Shown here: one piece after another, positions 20,317-28,671 of the stretch | How positions within the stretch are numbered: the stretch's first letter is position 1 | Layout: the number at the start of each line of letters is the position of its first letter | Source: an uncultured Gammaproteobacteria bacterium | GTDB lineage: Bacteria > Patescibacteriota > Patescibacteriia > Magasanikbacterales > UBA922 | Assembly: GCA_964592785.1 (NCBI GenBank) | Contig: CAZQHU010000001.1 | Location: forward strand, 45,687-109,686 | Direction of reading: 5' to 3' | DNA length: 64,000 bases | Translations under genes and position numbers: made by a program | The notes under the pieces: generated by a model | Seen by the model: the letters and a program-made list of their open reading frames with translations, nothing else | Database searches by the model: none | Told to the model about the DNA's origin: nothing

Positions 20317-20535
20317 TCACCTGCTGGCATGGCGTACGGGTAAAGAAAGAGCCTCGCGGTCGATCGCGATCGGTCGTCTGTCGATCCGAGAAGCGGCATA
20401 GAAGCCGTCTATGAGGACCGAGCCGTCCGGAGCGAAACCAACCACTTGGACGATACCATGCCCCTCACAATGGAACCAACGTCCCACTTGGGGTTCACGG
20501 TCATCGTCAACCAGAAATTCCTTACGTCCTTCCAT
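20317..20535 (-). CDS. Hypothetical 72-aa protein in GC-rich island C
   Basis: GGAGGTGAAAAATG ribosome-binding site; composition contrast with flanks. Confidence 0.4.
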   Translation of the reverse strand: MEGRKEFLVDDDREPQVGRWFHCEGHGIVQVVGFAPDGSVLIDGFYAASRIDRRPIAIDREALSLPVRHASR

Positions 20536-20653
20536 TTTTCACCTCCTTTGTGGAAGGGATAAGAGTAGTATAGGTTGTTGATAAGAATTTTTTAAGAAAC
20601 TTGTCAAGAGTTAATAAATATTTGTCTTATTTACATTTTGTCCACTTTTTTAA

Positions 20654-20682
20654 TTGACAATTTTTAAAAAATTAAGTAACAT
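20654..20682 (+). promoter_or_regulatory. Sigma70-like promoter TTGACA-N17-TAACAT
   Basis: Read directly; matches the promoter architecture at 26866 and 41985. Confidence 0.45.
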
Positions 20683-20689
20683 TTATTTG

Positions 20690-21107
20690 ACGTTGGTCCA
20701 GCGACGTTGCCTTTGGGGATAAGATCCTCACAACGTGTCCTGGAGTAAACCAACGAGTAGTCGAGGGGGCTAAGCCCCAATGTATAAGGATGGCCCACGT
20801 GCCATCCGAAGAACGGCGGTTCCTATACCGCCATGTACACTGGCGGGTTGGCTGCAAGATGCCAACCGCCACTCGCGGGCGCACGTCGCCCGGGTTCCCG
20901 GGGGCTGTGGTTACTTTGCCCCCACGCACTTCAGTGGCTTGCTACCTTTCGAGGCGCAGGCTTAGCTCTCCTGGATTTCCGGGACTGAAGTGACTGCTGA
21001 TGGTTCCCGTCGTGGTACTGTCCAAGGAGGGGGGAAGATTAGAGCAGATAATGTCTTCCCGCACCTCATACTTTAGACACCACCCAAAAGGGTGGTGTTT
21101 TTTTATT
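20690..21107 (+). ncRNA. Candidate structured noncoding RNA of about 415 nt, promoter to intrinsic terminator, GC-rich, class unknown
   Basis: Promoter at 20654-20682; terminator ACACCACCCAAAAGGGTGGTGTTTTTTT at the 3-prime end; multiple internal hairpins; only short ORFs in all frames. Confidence 0.35.
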
Positions 21108-21214
21108 TTGTTAAATTACTTAATTTTGTCTATGGATGAGATAATAATATCTAAGAGATGGATTTTATAGTATGAAGTTGACATTTTTGGCTAATTTATA
21201 TATAATCAAAACAC

Positions 21215-21310
21215 TTTTAGGAATGTCATGCTGAACTTGTTTCAGCATCTTTCCATAAAATGTATTTTTTAAATGATTTGTATTGAGAAAGACCCTGAAA
21301 CAGGTTCAGG
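21215..21310. repeat. Twin-hairpin repeat element (ATGCTGAACTTGTTTCAGCAT ... ACCCTGAAACAGGTTCAGGGT) immediately upstream of infB; second copy at 36985-37080
   Basis: Near-identical copy after the pyrH-like gene; the two hairpins are inverted copies of each other. Confidence 0.65.
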
Positions 21311-23350
21311 GTGATAAACATTATGAACGTCACAGAACTCGCTAGACAATTGAGAATAAACACCAAAGAATTGTTGGATGTACTCCCGCAGTATGGTTTT
21401 GATATCGGAGCTAGAGCGGTAAAAGTAGATGACAAAGTTGCAGATAAGATTATGCGTCAGTGGAGGTATATTAAGCGAGATTTGGAAGAAAAGAAAAAGA
21501 AAGAAATAGAAGAGAGAAAACTCAAAGAAAAGGAATTGCGTCGAGAAAGTGGTCAGACAGTAGAACTACCAGAAGTGATTACAGTTAGACTTTTTGCAGA
21601 AAAATTAAATTTACCGGTTACTCAGATTATTACCGAGCTCATGAAGAATGGTATTTTGGCCAATCAAAATCAAAATATTGATTATGATACAGCGGCTATC
21701 TTAGCTGGTGAGTTGGGTTTTTTTGTAAAAAAAGAAGAAGGTGAAACCATTCGTAAAGCTCAGAGTGAAGAAGAAAAGGCCAAAGCTCTGGAAGAAGCTT
21801 TGAGTAAATTGGAAAATTTGGAACCTCGTTCTCCTGTGGTAGTAGTGATGGGTCATGTTGATCATGGTAAGACCAAATTATTGGATTCTATTAGAAATGC
21901 CAATATTATTGATACTGAAGCCGGTGGCATTACTCAGCATATTGGTGCTTATCAGACTATCTGGAAAGACCCCAAGACCAAAGAAGAAAGAGCTCTTACT
22001 TTCATTGATACACCGGGCCATGAAGCTTTTACAGTGATGCGCAGTCGTGGAGCCAAGATTGCGGATATTGCTATTATGGTGGTGGCGGCCGATGATAGTG
22101 TCAAACCTCAGACTGAGGAAGTTATCAAGATTATTCAAGCAGCCAAATTGCCGTTTGTCGTGGCGATCAATAAGATCGATAAAGAAGGCGCCGATCCTAC
22201 CCGGGTGCGCGCAGATTTGGCGCAACGAGGTATTCAGAGTGATGAATGGGGTGGTGCTGTGCCTATGGTAGATATCTCTGCTAAACAAAATTTAAACATA
22301 GACAAATTATTGGATGTCATTCTCTTGGTGGCGGATATGAATGCTGATAAAATTCAAGCTAACCCTCATATTCCAGCGATTGGTACGATTATTGAATCAC
22401 ATGTGGATAAGGGGATGGGTCCGGTGGCCACTGTTCTAGTACAAGCCGGGACTCTACGTACCAATGATCCTTTGGTAGTTAATGGTGAAATTTATGGAAA
22501 AGTAAGAGCCATGAAAAACTACAAAGGCGAAAATATTAGTGAAGCTATTCCTTCCACCCCTGCGCAAATTATTGGTTTCAAAGTGGCTCCAGAAGTAGGG
22601 GATATTCTAGATGTAGGCAGGGCTGACAACGCTGAGAAAATCGATGTGCGTCAAAAACGTGGTTTGCAAACCGGAGCGGAAAAACAAACCATTGTCGTGG
22701 CCGAAGAAGGAGATGAAAACGTCAAAAAAACTTTAAATCTACTTATCAAAGCCGATGTTTTGGGTTCTTTGGAAGCGATCATTGGTTCTTTGGAAAAATT
22801 GAAACATGAAGAAGTGGGAGTAAAAATTGTTGGTAAGGGCTTGGGTAATATTACAGAGGATGATGTGCATAAGGCCGAAGCCGGTGAAGCGTTGGTTGTG
22901 GGTTTCAATGTAAATGCCACGGGCATTGCCGAGGAATTGATGAATGATAAAAATATCCAGTTCAAACACTATGATATTATTTATGATTTGATCAATTGGG
23001 TAAAAGAAGAGCTGGAGAAAATGTTAGATGTAGAAAAAATTGTTACAGAAATAGGCCGAGTAAAAGTTTTAGCTATTTTTAGAACTGATAAAAATGCCAT
23101 GACTATAGGCGGAAGAGTGGAGGATGGTAAAGTTATTCCTGGTTTATTGGCGCGTATCAAGCGTGATGGTCTATTGATCGGTACCGGAAAGATTTCTCAG
23201 TGTCAAGTCGGTCAAGCAGTAATGAAAGAAGTAATTCAAGGCACAGAATGTGGTATGCGTTTTGAAGGAAGAGAAAAAATTGAAGAAGGTGATGTTTTGG
23301 AGATTTACCGAGAAGAAAGTAAGATTAGAAAAATTATTTTTGAAAAATAA
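21311..23350 (+). CDS. infB: Translation initiation factor IF-2
   Basis: G-domain VVVMGHVDHGKTKLLD, DTPGHEAF, NKID; full-length architecture. Confidence 0.9.
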   Translation: MINIMNVTELARQLRINTKELLDVLPQYGFDIGARAVKVDDKVADKIMRQWRYIKRDLEEKKKKEIEERKLKEKELRRESGQTVELPEVITVRLFAEKLNLPVTQIITELMKNGILANQNQNIDYDTAAILAGELGFFVKKEEGETIRKAQSEEEKAKALEEALSKLENLEPRSPVVVVMGHVDHGKTKLLDSIRNANIIDTEAGGITQHIGAYQTIWKDPKTKEERALTFIDTPGHEAFTVMRSRGAKIADIAIMVVAADDSVKPQTEEVIKIIQAAKLPFVVAINKIDKEGADPTRVRADLAQRGIQSDEWGGAVPMVDISAKQNLNIDKLLDVILLVADMNADKIQANPHIPAIGTIIESHVDKGMGPVATVLVQAGTLRTNDPLVVNGEIYGKVRAMKNYKGENISEAIPSTPAQIIGFKVAPEVGDILDVGRADNAEKIDVRQKRGLQTGAEKQTIVVAEEGDENVKKTLNLLIKADVLGSLEAIIGSLEKLKHEEVGVKIVGKGLGNITEDDVHKAEAGEALVVGFNVNATGIAEELMNDKNIQFKHYDIIYDLINWVKEELEKMLDVEKIVTEIGRVKVLAIFRTDKNAMTIGGRVEDGKVIPGLLARIKRDGLLIGTGKISQCQVGQAVMKEVIQGTECGMRFEGREKIEEGDVLEIYREESKIRKIIFEK

Positions 23351-23354
23351 TTTT

Positions 23355-23942
23355 ATGTCAGATTTACAAAAATTAAGGGGGTTTGCTTCAATGGAACGTT
23401 TTGCCAAAATAACCAATGATAAAGGTGAACCAGTACTCAACTCAGCAGTGGATATAGAAATAGTCAAAAGTCAGGATATGGATTTTAAACAGATAGAAGC
23501 CAAAGGTGAAAAAGATCCAAAAATGGTCAATTCTCCAACCATAGAAGAAAGTAAAGATTTTGGTGGAGAAAAATTATTTCAAAAATATTTGGAAATTATT
23601 TTTAGAAAATTTCCAGGTGAGATTTATCGGGCTGGAAATGTTAATGAGCGCGCTTTGGGTGATCGGGTAAAGTTGACACAAGGAAGAGGGGAATATATTT
23701 ATATAATTCCAGTCTCTTTGTCTGAACAAATGAAAAAACTTTTGGAAGAACCAGTAGATTTGGGTGTGGATGATCCAGGTATAGAATTTTCCAAAATGAC
23801 TGGCTTGAGTGAAGATATTTTGGACCAAAACAATCTTGGTTTTACTCGTAAAATGGAAATCAATGGGCAATTTTTTACGGTTAAGTTTTTGTATGGTCAA
23901 GAAAAAGAAGTATCTCCTGGCTCTTATCAGGAGGCTGCTTGA
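23355..23942 (+). CDS. Hypothetical protein (start moved to the ATG after the infB stop)
   Basis: ORF with the same codon bias as the host; no recognisable motif. Confidence 0.4.
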   Translation: MSDLQKLRGFASMERFAKITNDKGEPVLNSAVDIEIVKSQDMDFKQIEAKGEKDPKMVNSPTIEESKDFGGEKLFQKYLEIIFRKFPGEIYRAGNVNERALGDRVKLTQGRGEYIYIIPVSLSEQMKKLLEEPVDLGVDDPGIEFSKMTGLSEDILDQNNLGFTRKMEINGQFFTVKFLYGQEKEVSPGSYQEAA

Positions 23943-24034
23943 TCGGAGTTATCCACTTCTTGCCAGTATTTTTTTAGAATGTTAAAATAGACCCTGTACT
24001 GCAAAAGTACAGGGTTAATTTTTTAATATTTATT

Positions 24035-24361
24035 ATGTCACACGTAAATTTGACAGATCAAAATTTCGAGGAGGAAGTAGTTAAATCAACAGTTCCGGTG
24101 TTGGTAGATTTTTGGGCGCCCTGGTGTGGTCCTTGCCAGATGATGGGTCCGATTGTTGAAGAGTTGGCAGGTGAACTTGATGCCAGTAAAGTGAAAATTG
24201 CCAAGCTTAATGTTGATGAAAATCAGGTTTCAGCTGGGAAATTTCAAGTAATGAGTATTCCCACTTTCCTTGTTTTCAAAGGTGGTCAAGTTGTTGATCA
24301 AATGGTCGGTGGTGTACCAAAAGAAAAGTTGAAAGAGATGCTGGAAAAACACCTGGCTTAA
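24035..24361 (+). CDS. trxA: Thioredoxin
   Basis: WCGPC active site, 108 aa. Confidence 0.85.
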   Translation: MSHVNLTDQNFEEEVVKSTVPVLVDFWAPWCGPCQMMGPIVEELAGELDASKVKIAKLNVDENQVSAGKFQVMSIPTFLVFKGGQVVDQMVGGVPKEKLKEMLEKHLA

Positions 24362-24464
24362 AAAAGTGATAAAAATATTTAAACAATCCTGATCTATTCA
24401 GGATTGTTTGCTTTTGGAATATGTTATATAATAATTATAGTTTAGTTTTAATTTATTCAATTAT

Positions 24465-25391
24465 ATGAAGAAAAATTGGAAAATATTTCTGGGCATTGTT
24501 ATTTTGGTTTTGGTGGTAGTCTTGGCTTTTTTTGCTTTGTCTAGCAGTAGGAAAATTGCTGACAAAAATGGTTTATCTTTTTCGGTCAATGAGATGGCTA
24601 GAGATACTGCCAGTTTTGGAGTTTCTTTTGGTGGTGTTTCTGGTTCAGCTATGAAGATTGCTACAGCACCAGAAGCTGATAGTTATAACCAAGAATCTCA
24701 AAACATCAAAGAAAGAATGATTATCAAAACCGGCTCTCTATCTATGGTGGTAGAAGATGTGAGAGAGGGGGTACGCCAAATTATTCAATATGCCACTGAT
24801 AATGCAGGCTTTGTGGTGCACAGTAATATTTATAAGTCAGGCTTGTCACCAGTAGGTGAAGTCAGTATCCGCATTCCGGTTGCGCTTTTTGACAGCGGTC
24901 TAGGAGAAATAAAAAAACTTGGGGAAGTTAAGAGTGAGTCAGTCAATGGTCAAGATGTTACCGAAGAATATGTAGACCTTGATTCCCAGTTAAAAAATTT
25001 GCGAGCAGCAGAAAACCAATTTTTACAGATTATGAGTCGGGCAGTGAAGATTGAAGATGTGTTGGCAGTACAAAGAGAATTGACCAATGTCCGCGGTCAG
25101 ATTGAAAGTATTCAAGGTCGAATGAAATATTTGACCCAAAGCGTGGAAATGTCCACTTTGACCGTTTATTTATCCACCGATCCTAGTGTTTTGCCGGCAG
25201 TTGATCAAGAAAATAAATGGAAACCCTGGGCTGAGATCAAAGCCGCCGCTAGAAGTCTTTTGGAGGTAGGCAAGAGTTTGGCGAATTTTGTTATTTGGCT
25301 AGTGATTTTTATTCCTGTCTGGTTGGTGGTAGGTTTGGTGGTTTGGATGGTGTTGAGAATCATTAAGAAGAGAAAAAATTTAAACATGTAA
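24465..25391 (+). CDS. Membrane-anchored protein with N- and C-terminal TM helices (DUF4349-like architecture)
   Basis: Signal-anchor, coiled-coil middle, C-terminal hydrophobic segment. Confidence 0.4.
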   Translation: MKKNWKIFLGIVILVLVVVLAFFALSSSRKIADKNGLSFSVNEMARDTASFGVSFGGVSGSAMKIATAPEADSYNQESQNIKERMIIKTGSLSMVVEDVREGVRQIIQYATDNAGFVVHSNIYKSGLSPVGEVSIRIPVALFDSGLGEIKKLGEVKSESVNGQDVTEEYVDLDSQLKNLRAAENQFLQIMSRAVKIEDVLAVQRELTNVRGQIESIQGRMKYLTQSVEMSTLTVYLSTDPSVLPAVDQENKWKPWAEIKAAARSLLEVGKSLANFVIWLVIFIPVWLVVGLVVWMVLRIIKKRKNLNM

Positions 25392-25409
25392 AGATTAGTT
25401 AAAAAGTTT

Positions 25410-25490
25410 TTAAAGTTCATAAAGTTTATAAAGTATCAGATTTTGTTTGGTCTTTATACTTTATGGACTTTTTACTTTATAAACTTAGGT
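25410..25490. repeat. Inverted pair of AAAGTTCATAAAGT-type repeats (family 3) forming an intergenic hairpin
   Basis: AAAGTTCATAAAGTTTATAAAGTATCAG...CTTTATACTTTATGGACTTTTTACTTTATAAACTT. Confidence 0.6.
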
Positions 25491-25554
25491 AGTTATCCAC
25501 TATTGAAAGGTTTTTGAACGAGTAGTAGAATATATGGGCTTTTAAAAAATATTT

Positions 25555-26814
25555 ATGAACAATCAATTTGAAAATGCTTTGGCCCAGTTAGATAAGGCAG
25601 CCAGAATCATGAACCTAGATAAAAATATTCATGAGGTTTTGAAATATCCGGATAGAGTTTTGACTGTGGCTATTCCGGTCAAGATGAATAGTGGTGAAAC
25701 AAAAGTCTTTACTGGTTTTAGATCTCAATACAATGATGCACTTGGTCCTTATAAAGGCGGAATTCGCTATCATTCGGGTGTTAGTCTGGAAGAAGTGAAA
25801 GCTTTGTCTTTTTGGATGATGATTAAATGCGCTACTGTAAATATTCCTATGGGTGGTGGCAAGGGTGGAATAATAGTTGATTCCAAGCAATTATCGGAAA
25901 ATGAATTGGAACAACTTTCTCGTGGTTATGTGCAGAAATTATGGCGTTATTTTGGTTCAGACAAAGATGTGCCAGCTCCTGATATGTACACCAATGGCAA
26001 GATCATGGGTTGGATGAGGAATGAGTTTGAAAAATTATCTGGTCAAGCAGATCCAGGATTTATCACTGGCAAATCTCTAGCTGATGGTGGTTCAGAAGGT
26101 AGAGAAACTGCCACAGCTCAAGGCGGGCTCTATACTGTGAGAGAATTGGCCAAAAGAGTTGGTTTGAAACCAGAGGAAACTACTGTGGCTGTGCAGGGCA
26201 TGGGTAATGTTGGGGGTTTTATGGCAAAATTATTAAAGCAAGATGGTTATCGAGTGGTAGCGATTAGTGATTCCAAAGGTGGAGTTGTAGTAAGGAATAA
26301 GGAAGAAGGAATAAAGAATAATGAGCGTTTGAATCTTGATGAAGTTTTTCAACATAAAGAAAAAACCGGTTCATTATCAGGTTTGGCAGTAGTACAAAAT
26401 ATTTCCAATTCAGAACTTTTGGAGTTACCAGTGGATATTCTGATTCCAGCAGCTATGGAAAATCAGATTACTATGGATAATGTGAATAATATCAAAGCAA
26501 AATATATTGTGGAGATGGCTAATGGTCCAACAACACCAGAAGCTGATGAAATTTTGAAAGAGAGAGGAGTAATCCTTGTTCCTGATGTTTTGAGTAATGC
26601 TGGTGGTGTGACAGTGTCATATTTTGAGTGGTATCAAAATGTACATAATGAAAAATGGAATGAAGCAGAAGTTTTTGCCAAGCTTGAGCCAATCATGATT
26701 ACCGCTTTTAATGAAGTTTGGGAGACAAAAGAAAAATATAATATTGATATGAGAACTGCGGCTTTTATCAAAGCGATTGAGAGGGTGGCAGGGCGTATGT
26801 CATCCCGAGCGTAG
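25555..26814 (+). CDS. gdh: Glutamate dehydrogenase (Glu/Leu/Phe/Val dehydrogenase family); the 3-prime end overlaps a family-1 repeat
   Basis: KGGIRYH region, GGGKGG motif, Rossmann GMGNVGG. Confidence 0.85.
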   Translation: MNNQFENALAQLDKAARIMNLDKNIHEVLKYPDRVLTVAIPVKMNSGETKVFTGFRSQYNDALGPYKGGIRYHSGVSLEEVKALSFWMMIKCATVNIPMGGGKGGIIVDSKQLSENELEQLSRGYVQKLWRYFGSDKDVPAPDMYTNGKIMGWMRNEFEKLSGQADPGFITGKSLADGGSEGRETATAQGGLYTVRELAKRVGLKPEETTVAVQGMGNVGGFMAKLLKQDGYRVVAISDSKGGVVVRNKEEGIKNNERLNLDEVFQHKEKTGSLSGLAVVQNISNSELLELPVDILIPAAMENQITMDNVNNIKAKYIVEMANGPTTPEADEILKERGVILVPDVLSNAGGVTVSYFEWYQNVHNEKWNEAEVFAKLEPIMITAFNEVWETKEKYNIDMRTAAFIKAIERVAGRMSSRA

Positions 26815-26865
26815 TCGAGGGATCTCTTTGTTATAAAATACCTGCCTCTTCGGCGGGTTTTGTTG

Positions 26866-26894
26866 TTGACATTTTTTTTGATAGTTGTAAGATA
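26866..26894 (+). promoter_or_regulatory. Sigma70-like promoter TTGACA-N16-TAAGAT
   Basis: Read directly; near-identical to the promoter at 41985-42012. Confidence 0.45.
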
Positions 26895-26923
26895 AAGTTA
26901 TCTCGTTGGCATGGAGGTGCCAG

Positions 26924-27070
26924 ATGGATTCGATCAGTCCTGGATGGGTGGTCATTGGCCTGGTGGGTCTGTTCATCTTCGGATTTCTCATCCGGAGGGC
27001 AGTGACAGTGCACCGCCACAACGCGCGCGTCTCGGATTCCGAGAAGAAGACGGAGGAGGCGACGTGCTGA
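26924..27070 (+). CDS. Small hydrophobic peptide (48 aa; single TM then a basic/acidic tail), GC-rich island D
   Basis: GGAGGtgccagATG ribosome-binding site; MDSISPGWVVIGLVGLFIFGFLIRRAV...; own promoter and terminator. Confidence 0.4.
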   Translation: MDSISPGWVVIGLVGLFIFGFLIRRAVTVHRHNARVSDSEKKTEEATC

Positions 27071-27147
27071 AGGTCGCCACACCCGAGTGCAGTCGGGTGA
27101 AGTTTCGTAGGAGTGGGCGCGTACTGCATAGCGCGCCCCTTCACAAC

Positions 27148-27186
27148 AAAAAACCACCTCGAATTTTCGGGGTGGGTTTATTTTAG
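27148..27186 (+). terminator. Intrinsic terminator after the small peptide gene
   Basis: AAAAAACCACCTCGAATTTTCGGGGTGGGTTTATTTT. Confidence 0.6.
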
Positions 27187-27458
27187 GGAAGTACAGAGGG
27201 TGTCACCAGACACACCCCCTGTACGAGAAAGGAACGGTTTTCCTCAATACGTTGGGTTCAAGGAACCCTGTCTTTGTCCACGGCACAAGAGCAAGTAACT
27301 GGAAATGGGGGTTGGGGCTCAAGCATCGTCGGCATGAGACGGGGTTGGAACAGGCACAAGGCACTGCGACGAACCACAGACGTATGGGCGGCGAGGAAAC
27401 TGGCAATCGTATTAGACCATGATTTTTCTAAAAAGTAAACTTATTTTGTGGATAAAAA

Positions 27459-27718
27459 ATCCCCGCGTCAAATGCGGGGTTTAAAAATGAGGCGTCCCGG
27501 GCGACGGAGCAAGGTGCCTCCGTCGCCCGGGGAAAGGAACACGTCAGTTCAGCATGAGGGCACTTACGTCCCCTTAGTTAAGGGCGGGGTCATCACACCT
27601 CGCGCCCGTAGCCACACTGGTCTTTTTCTTTTGGTTCACTCGTCGCTACTACAAAAGAGGTTGGGCAGGCGCAGAACGCGCCCTCAACCGGATCCAGTTT
27701 TGAACCGACTGAACTGAC
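27459..27718 (-). ncRNA. Candidate structured RNA of about 260 nt on the minus strand (12-bp terminal closing helix ACGUCAGUUCAG/CUGAACUGACGU, a large GC hairpin, and a terminator)
   Basis: Promoter-like TTTACA-N17-TTAAAT at 27725-27760 on the minus strand; terminator CCCCGCATTTGACGCGGGGATTTTTT. Confidence 0.3.
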
Positions 27719-27798
27719 GTTACTATATTTAAACACATTATATTTAATTTGTAAATGCCTTGATTTTTTAGTTTGAAAAGAGTAAAATAAGATTAAAT

Positions 27799-28578
27799 AT
27801 GTTAAATTACGCTAAACAAATTACCAAAGAAGCCGGCAAATTGGCTTTGGGTTATTATAAAGATGGGGTTGCTTTTAAAGTAAAAAGTGAACCAAGTGAT
27901 CTTGTTACCGAAGCTGATACTGCTGTTAATGATTTTTTGGTTAAGAAAATTAAGAAGAAATTTCCTAAACATGGAATTATTAGTGAAGAATTGGAAGAAC
28001 CAATAAATTCTCACGCTGAGTATGTTTGGGTGTTGGATCCCATAGATGGCACAGGAAATTTTGCTGCTCATATCCCAATGTGGTGTGTGATGGTGGGGAT
28101 TGAAAAGAAAGGCAAGCCTTTTATTGGGGTTGTTTATGATCCAATACAAGATGAACTTTATTATGCTGAAGCAGGCAAGGGTGCATTTTTAAACGGTAAA
28201 AAAATCCATGTCAATAACAAAGAGAAAGTTGATTTTAGTTTTTTGTCAGTTTGTCCTGGGCGCTATATGCCGGGTAATCCTTATTCATCAGAAGAATATC
28301 CAAGATATGCTAAATTTTTACAAAATTTAATGGGTGATAAAGGTTTTTGGTTTACTTATTATCGTTGTAATATTTCTTTTTGTCATTTGGCCAAAGGCAG
28401 TATTGATGGAGTAATAATGAATGGTTGTCTTTATCATGATTATCTGGCTCCCTATGTGATAGCTACCGAAGCTGGGGCCAAATTTACCGATAGCTATGGT
28501 AAGAAGTGGACCAAAGAGAAGAAGGATTCAGTCATTGCCAATCCCAAAATGCATAAAAATTTGCTTCGTTTATTCTGA
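27799..28578 (+). CDS. Inositol monophosphatase family protein (SuhB/IMPase-like)
   Basis: WVLDPIDGTGNF motif. Confidence 0.75.
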   Translation: MLNYAKQITKEAGKLALGYYKDGVAFKVKSEPSDLVTEADTAVNDFLVKKIKKKFPKHGIISEELEEPINSHAEYVWVLDPIDGTGNFAAHIPMWCVMVGIEKKGKPFIGVVYDPIQDELYYAEAGKGAFLNGKKIHVNNKEKVDFSFLSVCPGRYMPGNPYSSEEYPRYAKFLQNLMGDKGFWFTYYRCNISFCHLAKGSIDGVIMNGCLYHDYLAPYVIATEAGAKFTDSYGKKWTKEKKDSVIANPKMHKNLLRLF

Positions 28579-28671
28579 ACGAAGTGAAGAATCTTTTTTA
28601 AATAATTAAATATTCATCTAAAATGTGCGAGGTAGGAAAGATCCTTCGCTTCGCTCAGGATGACTGGCAGT

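Noticed and set aside
20690-21107. Island C RNA as RNase P RNA or tmRNA
   Set aside because: No P4 strands (AGUCCGG...CCGGCU) and no GGUAA/ACAGAA conserved regions. No tRNA-like T-arm (GUUCGANUCC) or acceptor pairing. Left as unclassified.
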